Assembly: GCF_018350175.1 (NCBI RefSeq)
Contig: NC_058368.1
Coordinates: forward strand, 90,088,001 to 90,152,000
Reading direction: 5' to 3'
DNA from: Felis catus
Lineage: Eukaryota
DNA: 64,000 nucleotides
In this document: positions 1 through 12,097 of the stretch, piece by piece
Position numbering within the stretch: position 1 is the first letter of the stretch
How the letters are laid out: each line of letters opens with the position of its first letter
Position numbers and translations under genes: made by a program
The notes under the pieces: model-generated
What the model was told of the DNA's origin: nothing
Seen by the model: the letters and a program-made list of their open reading frames with translations, nothing else
Databases searched by the model: none

Positions 1-23
1 CAACCATTACATAATAAAATCAC

Positions 24-217
24 TTTTTTTTTTTAGTTTATTTCGAGAGAGACAGAGAGCATGAGTGGGGGAGGGGCAAAGAGACCCAGAATCCCAAGGA
101 GGCTCCGCACCATCAGCATGGAGCCCGACTAGGGGCTTGAACTCATGAACCATGAGTTGATGACCTGAGCCAAAACTAAGAGTCGGACACCTAACCAACT
201 GAGCCACTTAGGCGCCC
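24..217 (-). mobile_element. Can-SINE (SINEC)
   Basis: polyT, (GA)n, tRNA-derived head ending ggcgccc; TSD aaaatcacttt. Confidence 0.9.
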
Positions 218-703
218 ACGTAACAAAATCACTTTCAGTGAATGCAAAATATTAAAAGGAGTTCTCATATTTTCTTCCCATACTCCTCATGTTGGTCTGT
301 GCTATGGGGCACCCTTTGCCCTTGGCAGACCACTAAGTTCATCCAACCACGAGGTCACCAGCCCCCACATGCCCCTGCCCCTCTGCAGCAGGCCCAGGGC
401 ATCCCTGAGCTCACACCCCAGTGAAGGAGGGCTGCAGGTGGGGACAACTCAAGGGAGGCTCCCTGGGGGAGCCATGCCCTGGCTGCTCTGGAGGGGGTCA
501 ACCAGGAGCCCAGGCAGAATGTTGGTGGTCAGGTAGGAGGGGAGGAAGGAGCAAGGGTCCAGGCCCCCAGTATCAGAGACTCGGGCAGTATGGCTGTGTG
601 CAGCTTGAGGACAGACACTGGACCACTGTCGCTACCTGCATGCACACAGGCTGGCGGTGCGGCATGGGGTGTATGGGAGGGTTCTGGGCCTTCTTACCTT
701 CTT

Positions 704-892
704 TTTGTTTTAGTGTGTATTTATTTTGGAGAGAGAGAGAACGTGAGCTGGGGAAGTACAGGGGTGGGGACTGGACAGGAGATCTGAAGCAGGCTCTGCA
801 CAGAACCCAACCTGGGGCTCAAACTCACAAACTGTGAGATCATGACCTGAGCTGAAGTCAGATGCTCAACCAACAGAGCCACCCAGGCACTC
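704..892 (-). mobile_element. Can-SINE with 20-bp TSD
   Basis: TSD ctgggccttcttaccttctt at 684-703 and 893-912. Confidence 0.9.
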
Positions 893-1799
893 CTGGGCCT
901 TCTTACCTTCTTAAGCCATTTCCTGGCTTCCTTGTCAACCCTCAGCATACACAAACACAACAGAAGCAGGCAGAGGAGCCAGGAGAAAGGGGCTGGGGCT
1001 CTGGACTGGGTCACACACCCAGATCCACCCCGGGAAGGTGACGGTGGGGGGGCGGGGGGAGGGGCGGGGAGTGGCTGGCTCTGATCCTCAGAGGTTAATA
1101 GTGCATCAAAGGCCCGCACTATTGTGACATATCCCCAGAGAAATGAACTCCCTAGTCCTTTCGAGTTTAATGGTGGTGCCCTTCAGTCACCCAGGGGCAC
1201 TGTGTCCTGACCACACCAGGGGCTTTCCCGGCTCAGCAGTTCTGATACCAGGGCTGTTCTGACAAGCCCCTTCAGAATCAAACATTGCACACTTGGTGGT
1301 TTGTGTGAATGTGTGCAAGGGGATTGTGGAAAGTGTTAAAGACACTGAGGTGACAGAGTGTGTGACAGCTGCTCTGGGAGTGAATTGCAGGCCCCCGGTG
1401 GCCTGCGGATTGAAAACAGATGTTTCTGCATGAACGCAGCCAAATTGTATTAGCACTTTGGATGATGAAAAGGGCTTTAAGTGTCTGCATGTTGCAGTTC
1501 TGAAATGTTTGCTGGGGAAAATGTCCTTATATTTTGCAAACAGCGAGTGTAAAGGGGGTGGGGGACAAATTAGGTTATTGGCTGTAACCAATTTCAGGAG
1601 CAGAGTTGTTGACAGATGCACATTGCGTGTAATAAACTGATCAGCAGTGTTGCCACTCACCTTAATGAGGAAGCCTGTGTCCCTGCTGCCGTCTTCATCC
1701 CTGGCTCAGTCAGGGAGGGCAGCCCAAGGTCACACAGCACCCATGTCTCATGGGACTTTCAGGGAGAAAGTCACAGGCTTGCCTCTCTTTTCTTTTCTT

Positions 1800-2017
1800 T
1801 CTTTTTAAAAAATTTTTTAAAATGTTTTTTATTTATTTTTGAGAGAGAGAGAGAGTACTAGTAAGGGAGGGGCAGAGAGAGAGGGAGACACAGAATCCAA
1901 AGCAGGCTCCAGGCTCCAAGCTGTGCAGAGCCTGATGCGGGGCTTGAACCCACAAACCATGAAATCATGACCCAAGCCAAAGTCCGATGCTCAACTGACT
2001 GAGTCACCCAGGCGCCC
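1800..2017 (-). mobile_element. Can-SINE
   Basis: Typical antisense SINEC body. Confidence 0.9.
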
Positions 2018-2024
2018 CTCTTTT

Positions 2025-2840
2025 CTCTTCTAACTTTTTCTTATGGAAAATTTCAAAAACTTAAACATGCAAAGAATAGGGCAAACATGACCCGCCACCA
2101 CGTACCCGTGTCCCAGCTCCTCTGCTAACCTCACAGCTCATTTTCCTCCGTGTGTGCGCCCAGCCTGCCCCTTCCCTGCCGTGACTCTGGTGTGGAGGGC
2201 TTGTATTTGTATAAGCGCCATGCCACTGACACAACTAATGAATGGATAACAATTTCTTAATATCGTTTAAAAGCCAGTCCATAATCAGATGCTTCAATGA
2301 CTTCAAAAATATCTTTTCACACTTGGGTTGTTCAAACCAGGATCTAAGACATACTTTGCACATTGCATTTGATTTTTTAACTTCTTTAAAAAAAATTTTA
2401 AGTTTATTTATTTATTTGAGAGAGAGAAAGACAGCACAAGTGAGGGAGGAGCAGAGAGAGAGGGAGAGAAAGAATCCCAAGCAGGCTCCACACTGTCAGC
2501 ACAGAGCCCTGCATGGGGCTCGAACTCACAAAACTGCAAGATTGTGACCTGAGCCAAAACTAAGAATTGGACGCTTAACCAACTGAGCTGGCAGGCACCC
2601 CGATCTTTTGACTCTTAAGCCTCCTTTATTCTGGATTTGTCCTTCTCTCCCTCTCCTCTACTTTGTTTGTTTCTTTGTTTTGCTTTGTTTGGGTTTTTTT
2701 TTTTTTGGTCTTTAATCCACCGATTTCCTTGAGAAACAGGGACGCTTGTCCGGCAGAGTGGCCCCTCTTCTGCATTTGTCTGTCTCCTGGTGTTGTTGAT
2801 CTTGCTTGTGAACCCCCTACTTGCCCTCACCAAGTACTCT
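2025..2840 (-). mobile_element. Old L1M 3' fragment interrupted by a Can-SINE (2385-2602, - strand)
   Basis: ttatggaaaatttcaaa... and ggttgttcaaaccaggatct...cacattgcattt resemble L1MC/ME 3' UTR. Confidence 0.55.
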
Positions 2841-2848
2841 GATCTAGA

Positions 2849-3850
2849 CCAGCTCTGTCCGGTAGAAATACCACAGAGTCCTGTGAGTCATGTGAAATTT
2901 TCTTGTGGCCGCATTAAAAAAGGTGAAATTAAGATTAATAATCTATTTTGGGACGCCTGGGTGGCTCAGTCGGTTGAGTGTCAACTTCGGCTCAGGTCAT
3001 GATCTCCCAGTTTTATGAGTTCGAGCCCCACATCGTGCTCACTGCTGTCAGCGCGGAGCCCGCTTCAGATCCTCTGTCTCCCTCTCTCTCTGTCCCTCCC
3101 CCACTCATACTCTCTATCAAAAAAATAAATAAGCATGTTTTTAAAAAGATTAATAACCTGTTTTATGTAACCCAGTATCTCCAAGATGTTACCATTCCAA
3201 CCTGTGATCAATATAATACAATGATATAGCCTTTTTCATACTGTCTTCAAAATCAGATGTGCATTTAGTGCTTACCACACATCTCAGTTTTAATGTTAAG
3301 TTTCCATCAAAAATAGTTGACTGGGGGCGCCTGGGTGGCTCAGTCGGTTGAGCATCCAACTTCGGCTCAGGTCATGATCTCACAGTTCATGAGTTTGAGC
3401 CCTGCATCTGGCTCTGTGCTGACAGCTCAGAGCCTGGAGCCTGCTTCAGATTCTGTCTCTCTCTCTGCCCCTCCCCTGCTTGTGCTCTGTCTCTCTCTCT
3501 CAAAAGTAAATAAACATTAAAAAAAATTTTTTTAAGAAATAATTGACCTGAAGTCGGTTGAGCGTCCGACTTCAGCCAGGTCACGATCTCGCGGTCCGGG
3601 AGTTCGAGCCCCGCGTCAGGCTCTGTGCTGATGATGGCTCAGAGCCTGGAGCCTGTTTCCGATTCTGTGTCTCCCTCTCTCTCTGCCCCTCCCCCATTCA
3701 TGCTCTGTCTCTGTCCCAAAAATAAATAAACGTTGAAAAAAAAATTTTTAAAGAAATAATTGACCTGAATTTAAATTTCATAAAAATAATGGTAGAAAAG
3801 TTGAAAAGCATACTTAAATGTTTTCTAATAACTGTATCAAATATCAGATT
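2849..3850. mobile_element. MER33/Charlie5-like hAT DNA transposon fragment interrupted by three + strand Can-SINEs (2949-3145, 3323-3535, 3553-3750)
   Basis: Starts cagctctgtccggtagaaata; internal motifs aaggtgaaattaa, taacccagtatctccaa and cacatctcagttt resemble MER33. Confidence 0.7.
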
Positions 3851-4036
3851 TTATACTTATTTTTTAAACATCTGTATAGTTGTTGTACAATAAACACTCA
3901 CAACATATATAAACATATGTAAATACTCATGAAACCATCACCACAAAATGTTCCATGTATCTATCCAGCTACTTTCACTCAGCATGGTCATTTTAAAATA
4001 CACCCATGTTGTTGTGTGTATTGAAAGCTTCATTCC

Positions 4037-4209
4037 TGGGGTGCCTGGGTGGCTCAGTTGGTTGAGTGTCCAACTTCGACTCAGGTCATGATCTCAAGGT
4101 TCCTGAGTTCGAGCCCTGAGTCAGGCTCTGTGCTAACAGCTCAGAGCCTAGAGCCTGCTTCACGTTCTGTGTCTCCCTCTCTCTCTTCCCCTCCTCCACT
4201 CATGCTTTG

Positions 4210-4258
<49 letters not shown>

Positions 4259-4295
4259 AAAATAATCAAAAATTAACATTAAAAAAATTTTAAAG
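4037..4295 (+). mobile_element. Can-SINE with expanded (CT)n
   Basis: SINEC head and body; TSD gaaagcttcat. Confidence 0.9.
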
Positions 4296-4359
4296 AAAGC
4301 TTCATCTCTGTCATTGCTGAGCAAGATCCCCATTGCATGGATATACCACAATTTGTTTC

Positions 4360-4922
4360 TGTGGTAGGCAACATTCTAAGATGGCCCCCAGGGTTCTCCC
4401 TACCCCAATAGATACACATTAGATAATCCCCTCCCCTTGAGTGTAGGAAGGACCTTTGAATATGAAGAAATTTCTGGCAATTTGTCAGTTGACTTTGAGT
4501 TACTGAAAAAGGGAGATTATTCTAGGTGGGTCTGACCAAATCAGGTGAACCCTAAAAGATGAACTGAGCCCCCCAAAAGTCAGCTTTGAAGCCTGAGAGA
4601 GATTCTTCTCTTGGCTTTGAAGAAGCAAACTATCATGGCGATCAGAAAGTGGGTGGCATCTTAGAGTTGAGGGTCTGTCCTACAAGTGCAAGCAACCAAA
4701 TTCATTGAGGTTGGAAGAGGATCCCAATGCTCAGATAAGATGGCAGCCCCTGCTGAAACCTGATTTCGGCCTGGTGAGTCCCTGAGCAGAGGACCCAACC
4801 AGAATGTTCCAGAATCCTGACCCAGAGAAACTGGGAGATAATAAGTTTGTGTTTATTTAAGTTCATGGTAATTGTAAACAAAATTTGTGGCACTTGTTAC
4901 ATAGCCATAAGAAACTGGTACA
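4360..4922 (+). mobile_element. MLT1E-like ERVL-MaLR solo LTR inserted in L1
   Basis: tgtggtaggcaacattctaagatggcccc...tcagttgactttgag...ataagtttgtgtt...aactggtaca. Confidence 0.75.
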
Positions 4923-7344
4923 TGTATCTGTTTCGCCTGCTGATGGACATTTGGGTTGTTCATGTTGTGGGACTATTATAAATAATACTGCTGTGAACAT
5001 TTATATGAAGCCTTTGTGTGCATATATGCTTTTATTTTTCTTGGATAAATACCTTGAAGTGGAATGGCTAAGCTATGTGGTAAGTTCATGTTTAACTTTA
5101 TAAGAAACTGCCAAATTCCTTTTCAAAGTGCTTGAATCATTGTACATTCCCACTAGTGATGTGTGGAAGTTCCACTTGCTGTACATTCTGTAGCTGTGTA
5201 GTAAATTTTGAAATCAGGATTGTGAGCCCTCCAACTTTGTTATTCATTTCAAGATTCTTTTGTCTCTTCATGACCCCTTGCAATTCCATATGAATTTTAG
5301 AATGGGTTTGGATTTCCGTAACAAAAAAAAAAAAAAGGCCATTGGAATTTTGGTAAGCATTGCATTGTATAGATACATTGCATTGAGTAGTATTGCCATG
5401 TTTATGACATTAAATTTTCTAATCCATGAAAATGAGATGTCTTTTTTTTTAATTCTGATTTTCTTTCATGTCTTTTCAATAATATTTTGTAGTTTATAGT
5501 ATACAGGCCTCTCACTTTCTTGGCTACGTTTTTTCTCAGATATTTTCTTCTTTTGGATGCTATTGTAAAATGGTATTGTTCTCTTAATTTCCTTTTCAGT
5601 GTGTTAATTGCTTGTGTATAGAAACAGGACTGATTTTTGTGTCTTGATCTTGTACTCCACAATTTTCCTGAATTTGTTTATCAGCCCTGGTAGCTTTTTT
5701 ATGGGTTCTTTGGGATTTTGTCTATATGGGATCATGCCATCTGTGAATAGAGATGGCTTTACTGTTTCCTTTTAACATAATACCTTTTATTTCTTTTTCT
5801 TGCCCAGTTTCCAATAAAATATTGAGTAGCAGTGATGAAAGCAGGCATCCTTGTCCTATTCCTGATGAGAAGGTTTTTAACTACAATTTCCATTTCTTTC
5901 TTATTTGGTGAGATTGGGTAGTTTGTATCTTTCAAGAAAATTTTTCACGTCACCTAAATTGTCAATTGATTGGCATGAAGTTGTCCATGACATTTCCTTA
6001 TTATTCTTTTGATATCTTTAGAACTTGTATTAATATCTTTCTCCCATTTGTGATATTGGTAATTTGTGTATCCCCTCTTTTTTCCTGATTAGCCGGACTA
6101 GAAGTTTATTAAATTTGTTAATCTTATCAGAAAACCAGCTTTTTGTTTCATTGTTTTTCTCTATTGTTTTTCTGTCATATACACCATTGATTTCTGCTCT
6201 GAATAGTATCATCTCCTTTGTTCTGCTTTGTGTTTCATTTGTTCTTCTTCCAGTTTCTGAAGGTAGAAGCTGAGGTCATCAATGTGAGTATATGATTTAA
6301 GGTCTATTTTTTTAATCTTTATTTATTTTTGAGAGAGAGAGAGACAGAGTGCAAGCAGGGGAGGGGCAGAGAGAGAGGGAGGCACAGAATCCCAATCAGG
6401 CTCCAGGCTCTGAGCTGTCAGCACAGAGCCCTACTCAGGACTTGAACTCACAAGCTGTGACATCATGACTTGAGCCAAAGTCAGATGCCCAACTGACTGA
6501 GCCACCCAGGTGCCCCTATTTTTTTTTCTAATGTAGGCATTTATATGTAAAATTTCCACTAAGTATCACATTAGCTGCATCCCACATACTTTGACATGTT
6601 GTGTTTCTTTCTTCATTCAGATCAAAATATTTTAAAATTCTGTTATTATTTTTTCTTTTACCCCAATAAGTTATTTAGAAGCATATCTTTTAGTCTCAAA
6701 AGGTTTGTTAATGGTATCTAATTTAATTCCACTACATCCAAAGAACATACTTTCTATGACTTGAATCCTTTTAAATGTACTGAGATTTGTTTTATGGCCC
6801 AGAATATGGTCTGTCTTGTTAAATATGCATGTGGATTCTGCTGTTGTTGTGTGAAGGGTTCTATCAATATAAATCAGGTTAAGTTACTTGGTAATGTTGA
6901 AATGGTCAATATTCTTCCTGGTTTTCTGTTTACTTGTTCTGTCCATTAATGAGTAAGTGGTGTTCAAATCTCACCTGCAATTTCCATTATGAAATGGCCC
7001 TCTTTATCTATTATAATGTCCTCTGCTCTGAAATCTGTTTTGTCTGATGATAATGTGGACATACCAACTTTCTTTCCTTTTCTCATCTTTTTACTTTTAA
7101 CCTATTTGTGTCTTTATATTTAAAGAGGGGTTCTTGGGGCGCCTGGGTGGCACAGTCGGTTAAGTGTCCAACTTCAGCCAGGTCACGATCTCGCGGTCCG
7201 TGAGTTCGAGCCCCGCGTCAGGCTCTGGGCTGATGGCTCAGAGCCTGGAGCCTGCTTCCGATTCTGTGTCTCCCTCTCTCTCTGCCCCTCCCCCATTCAT
7301 GCTCTGTCTCTCTCTGTCCCAAAAATAAATAAACGTTGAAAAAA

Positions 7345-7379
<35 letters not shown>

Positions 7380-7820
7380 AGAAGGGTTCTTATAGGTGTG
7401 CTGGATGGCTCAGTCAGTTAAACGTCTGACTTCAGCTCAGGTCATAATCTCACAGCTTGTGAGTTCAATCCCTACATCAGGATCTGTGCTGACAGCCCAG
7501 AGCCTAGAGCCTACTTTGGATTCTGTGTCTCCCTCTCTCTGCCCCTCCCCGCTCATGCTCTGTCTCTCTCTCAAAAATGAATAAACATTAAAAAAAATTT
7601 TTTTTAATAAAGAGGGGTTCTTGTAGACAGCATCTATGTGGTTCTTGCTTTCCTATTCAATCTGAAAATTTCTGGTTATTAATCCAGTTGTGGAGACCAT
7701 TTACATTTAGTGTATTCATTGATATTATTGGATTTAAATCATCTTGCTATGTTTTTTAGTTGTTTCATGTACTCTTTATTCCTTTTACTTTTTCTGATTC
7801 TTTTAAACTAATTGGGGGCA

Positions 7821-7945
7821 GGGGATGCCTGGGTGGCTCAGTTGCTTAAGCGTCTGACTCTTGATTTCAGCTCAGGTCATGATCTCAAGTTCGTGAGTTC
7901 AAGCCCCATGCCAGGCTCTGCGCTGACAGTGTGGAACCTGCTTGA
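7821..7945 (+). mobile_element. Can-SINE 5' half only
   Basis: tRNA-like head present; ends abruptly at gaacctgcttga with no (CT)n or A tail. Confidence 0.85.
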
Positions 7946-8320
7946 GGGGCGGCTTGGGGCCAGAACTTAGCTCCCTGAGCCTGTAAGCAGGGACCTAGGA
8001 CCCAGGGGTGATGACAGCTGTTAAAGGACTCTGCAAACTGTAAAGTGCTTGCACACACCCATCCGAACCCCCAAATAGCAGGTTGCCTTCTGACTACTTC
8101 TGGTCAGTGGTGGCAGCTCTGGGTTTAGAGGAGAGGGGCCCTGCAGCTATTGTGTCTGAAGGCAGCAGCCGGGCCACCCCATAGGCCAGCCTCTGCTTTG
8201 ACAGATGACTTGGAATCAGTTATCCCTGCCTTTTGTTAAACACAAATGTGCCCTACATGCGCCTGCATGTTATTACCTCCACAGATTCATACAAGCCTGG
8301 AGAGAGAGGAGACTGTTGCC

Positions 8321-8531
8321 TTTTTTTTTTTTTTTAAGTTTATTTATTCTGAGAGACAGAGAGAGACAGCAGGGGAGGGGCAGAGAGAGAGGGAGAGAAT
8401 TAGGGAGAGAGAGAGAATCCCAACAGGCTCTGTGATGTCAGTGCAGAGCCTGACACAGGGCTTGAACTCACGAACCGTGAGATCCTGACCTGAACCGAAG
8501 TTGGACGCTTAACCAACTGAGCCACCCAGTG
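8321..8531 (-). mobile_element. Can-SINE
   Basis: Antisense SINEC; TSD gttgcctttt. Confidence 0.9.
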
Positions 8532-9970
8532 ACCGTTGCCTTTTAGTGGAATTGGCTGGTTTTCCCAGAGCAGCAGACAGGTGCAGCCCCAGTAGGTGGC
8601 CTCCACCTGGCGCCTGCAGAGTGACCAGCGCTCCCGCCCACCTGAGGCCCCACACTTCACCCCCACCACCTGTTGGCTCTCTCTTTTCTTTTTGAAGGAA
8701 CACAAAGAAGTCAGAAATGCAGAAAGGGGTAAATGAGAAATTAAAACCCCTCACTAGCCCATTAAATGAGATGATCCCTCTCGTCGTTGAACGTACTGGG
8801 GCTTTTTCTCTGGGCGCATGGAAGTGTCATTTTCTTCTGCAAAGATCCGTTCCTACGAAAGCAGAGCCTGAATTATAACTGGCTTTTCTCACTCCGCCGC
8901 TGTCAGACATTCTTCTCAGAGGCTCTGGCGCTGCTCTGACGGCCAGGTGGTATGAAGAGTGGGCTCACACTTTGTTGGTCGGTGCTCTGTTTCTGGGCTC
9001 CCCTCATGTTCAGCCTGGTGAGGTGCTACTGATGGTTACACACACACCCCAACGCTGGATTGGGTCCCTGAGTAGTTGCTGTGTAAGGTCAAAGGTGTTG
9101 ATCCAGGCCAGCTTCTGCCTTCATGCCATCCACCAGGGGGTCTGGGGAGGGTCCTCAAAGCCTCAGGCATCACCTGTGGGGTCACTGTGCCTTGTGGTCC
9201 CCTGCCCCTGGCTGTATGCTGGACCCACTGATCAGCCTTTCCGTCCTGCACCACCCCCCTCCAAGCCTCCAAGACCCCCTCCCCCAACCTCCTCCCGCTG
9301 TGGTGCCCATCTCTCCCCACCCACCCCTCCAATCTCTTCTCCCTACAGTCTCCCTCATCTTCATCAAGTCACCCCGGTGGCCAAGTGTTACCCAAGTAGC
9401 TGAGTGACCTTCCCATCAGCAATGCCCCTGCCATCTGAACATCAGCATAAGCTGTGGGCCTCACCTTCCCAATCTGTCTGGATTGCAGCCACTCCTCTCC
9501 ACCCCAATTCCAGCTCATTCCATACTCCTGGCTCTCCCTCCACCTGGTCTTCTCCCAACAGTCAGAGACCCATCAGAGACCCTCCAGGCCATCCTGCAGC
9601 ACTTGACCAAACATACCTCCTTCCCATCCTGCGCCCCATGGCAAGGGTCCCTATCACCCTGCTGCAGCCATAGTAACCTTGCCCTTCCTGGCTTACTCCC
9701 TCCTCTGGGCCTTGGCACTAGCTGGCCCCCTCCACACACCCTCCTCCCAGTCCCCAGATGTCCTTCCCAAGGCTGGTTCTTCCTGCCATTGAGTTTGACC
9801 AGATGTCACCTCCACACATCAGCCTGGGAGCTGGGGTCACTAGGCCCATTTTACAGATAAGAATGTGAGAGGGAAAGTGACCTCCTCAGAGTGTCCTGGC
9901 CAACAAGGACCAAGCCCACCTCTACCCTCTGGTCCCACAGGCCATTGCCAATTCAGCACAGCTCCTGCCT

Positions 9971-10012
9971 ACGGCATATTCCAGACGGCATATTCCAGAT
10001 AGGCATATTCCA
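9971..10012. repeat. 14-bp tandem repeat x3 (acggcatattccag)
   Basis: Two perfect copies plus one degenerate copy. Confidence 0.85.
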
Positions 10013-10029
10013 TCCATCTCAAGAGTCTG

Positions 10030-10562
10030 GGGTAGTATGATTCTTCGTATTGCATGTGCAGAAGCTCAGCTCAATCAGACTTAAGCTCAAAGGGATAATT
10101 TGTTTGTGTCTGTAAATAAAAAGCCCAGGGGATGGACTTCAGGCATGGCTAGATCTAGGACATGGCTTCAGTCTCTCTGCCTTTGGCTCTGCTTTCTCCA
10201 CATGGGTTCCTCTTACAAGGAAGCCCCAGCAGCTTCACACTTATTTCCTATGCTTTCCATGACCTGAGCAGAAAGACAGAGTGTCTGCTCTGACAGTTCA
10301 AATACATGTTCCAAGAACAGAGTGCAGTGGCCCAACCAGGTAACGTGCCTACCATGAATCGATTTCAAAAGCTGGAGGAATGAAATATGCTGAGTGGCCA
10401 GGCCTGGATCACATGCCCATCTCAAACCGTTGCAGGTCAAGGCAGCTCCTGCCTGGAGTGGCCACCAGAGCCGTGGGAGCCTTCTACCTGAGACAAGAGA
10501 GGAAGGACAAAATGGGTTTTGTTGACAGAAGAAGGAGGGACAGATGATGGGCAAGCAGAAGC
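10030..10562 (-). mobile_element. MLT1K/J-like LTR
   Basis: gacttcaggcatggctagatctagg, ggccaggcctggatcacatgccca and gatgatgggcaagcagaa motifs. Confidence 0.6.
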
Positions 10563-11889
10563 CACAGAGGCCGGGGACCCTGGGCAGCCACGACAGGGTC
10601 AGGTCTTGGCGTGAAACCTGGAGGCAAACCTAGCCTCCCTCTGGCACCTGCCGCCCCCTGGCCTTCCTCGATCCATTAACTGCTGCAGCTTGGCGGGAGG
10701 GATCATGCAGACACTCACCTGAGTGCCCTCACTGGGGCTGCTGGAGCTGAGAGGAGGCTAAAAATGGAGCCAGTTAACAGCCTACTTCCTTAGGGAAGCT
10801 GCTAGGTGAGCGGAGCCTGAGCACTCCGTGAACTCAGCTTGAGTACTAAGGGACTAAGGCAGACCAGCCCTTGTGTCGGGAGGGGGGCAGGCCCCAAGAG
10901 GGAAAGGACTGGGGCTGCTGAGTCAGGGGTCTGATGCGCAGCTGGCCCCAAAGGCATGCTTTCCCCCAGGGTGGATGTTTCTGGAAGTAGCCCCCAGTCG
11001 TTCTATGGCCCTTAGGCCAGCCTCCCCATCGCTGCCTCTCACCCAGCCCCTCCTTCTCACCCTGAGGGTCTCACTGCCCTCACCCTGGTTCCATCCATCC
11101 CTGGAAGCCCCTCTTGTCTGCAGCCCCCTCCTCCAGGAAGCCAGGTTTACCAAGGTGTGCCAGGAGGGGATGCACGCAGGCACTGGCTTCTGCCAAGCGA
11201 TTGCCAGAACAGCAATGTTTTCATTGAATCTGTGTGGCTAAATCTTTTCTGAAGAAAGATACTAGCCTGAGCAAACCAGGGCCCCCCTGTCACCTGAGTG
11301 GCGGGGCCTGTCTGGACCAGCAGCAATTCCTCCCTGGTGCAGCCCGACAGGGCCAGGAGGTGTGATGGGTGACACCTGGCCTGGCCTACGGCCCACACAG
11401 AGCCCACAGTCATTGCCCTGATGACAGGATGGATGGCCACTCAAGCTGAGTCTTTGCAAGAATGAAGCAGGCAGTCAGCGAGGCTGGCTCATCCAGTGCC
11501 CTCCCTGGCCATTCATCTGCAGAAGCCCACAGAAGCCAGGAGGGCTGTGGGGAGGGTGTGGCCTCTGCCTCAAGGGCCATCTGCTGCCCAAGGGTGTCAC
11601 GGGCTGAGGTCCAGGCTTCCTGCAGGGCTCAGGCATGTCAAGGAGCCAGCTTGGTTTGCCTAAGAGACACCAGCGTAGGAGGTCCCAAAACCCACCCCAC
11701 TGGCAGCCAGTGATGCTGCCTCTTCACGCTGGACTGAGGATTAAATACAGCCATGTGTTTGTTCACCTTTCAGTCATTGTTACGTGTTGATGTGGTTATT
11801 TTAACAAATTTTGAAAAGCATACAGCCAGCACATTAGACCCATGAGGTCATAGATACTGTTGGTAAGGACGATGCTAATTTTATAAACA

Positions 11890-12097
11890 TTTTTTTTAAG
11901 TTTATTCATTCATCTTGAGAGAGAAAGAGAGTGTGTGTACTCGAGCAGGGGAGGGACAGAGAGAGAGAATCCCAAGCAGGCTCTGCGCCGTCGGCACAGA
12001 GCCTGATGAGGGGCTCAAACCCGCAAACCATGAGATCATGACCTGAGCCAAAGTCAAGAGCTGGACGCTCAACTGACTGAGCCACCCAGGTGCCCCA
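11890..12097 (-). mobile_element. Can-SINE
   Basis: TSD aggacgatgct(a/g)atttta. Confidence 0.9.

Larger units (their letters stand above)
3870..7815 (-). mobile_element. Degenerate L1M (3'UTR/ORF2) block, antisense, interrupted by the LTR and SINEs (6308-6516 -, 7136-7381 +, 7394-7610 +)
   Basis: Minus-strand ORF2-like peptides, e.g. NETKSWFSDKINKFNKLLVRLIRKK and FTIASKRRKYL...KKVRGLYTINYKILLK. Confidence 0.85.

Noticed and set aside
1030..1080. G-rich GC-box tract as the RASGEF1C promoter or exon 1
   Set aside because: No surrounding CpG island or convincing exon. The main promoter is probably upstream of the window.
2949..3030. tRNA-like A/B-box sequences at SINE heads throughout the window
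   Set aside because: These are the tRNA-derived heads of Can-SINEs, followed by SINE body, (CT)n and A tail; they are not tRNA genes.
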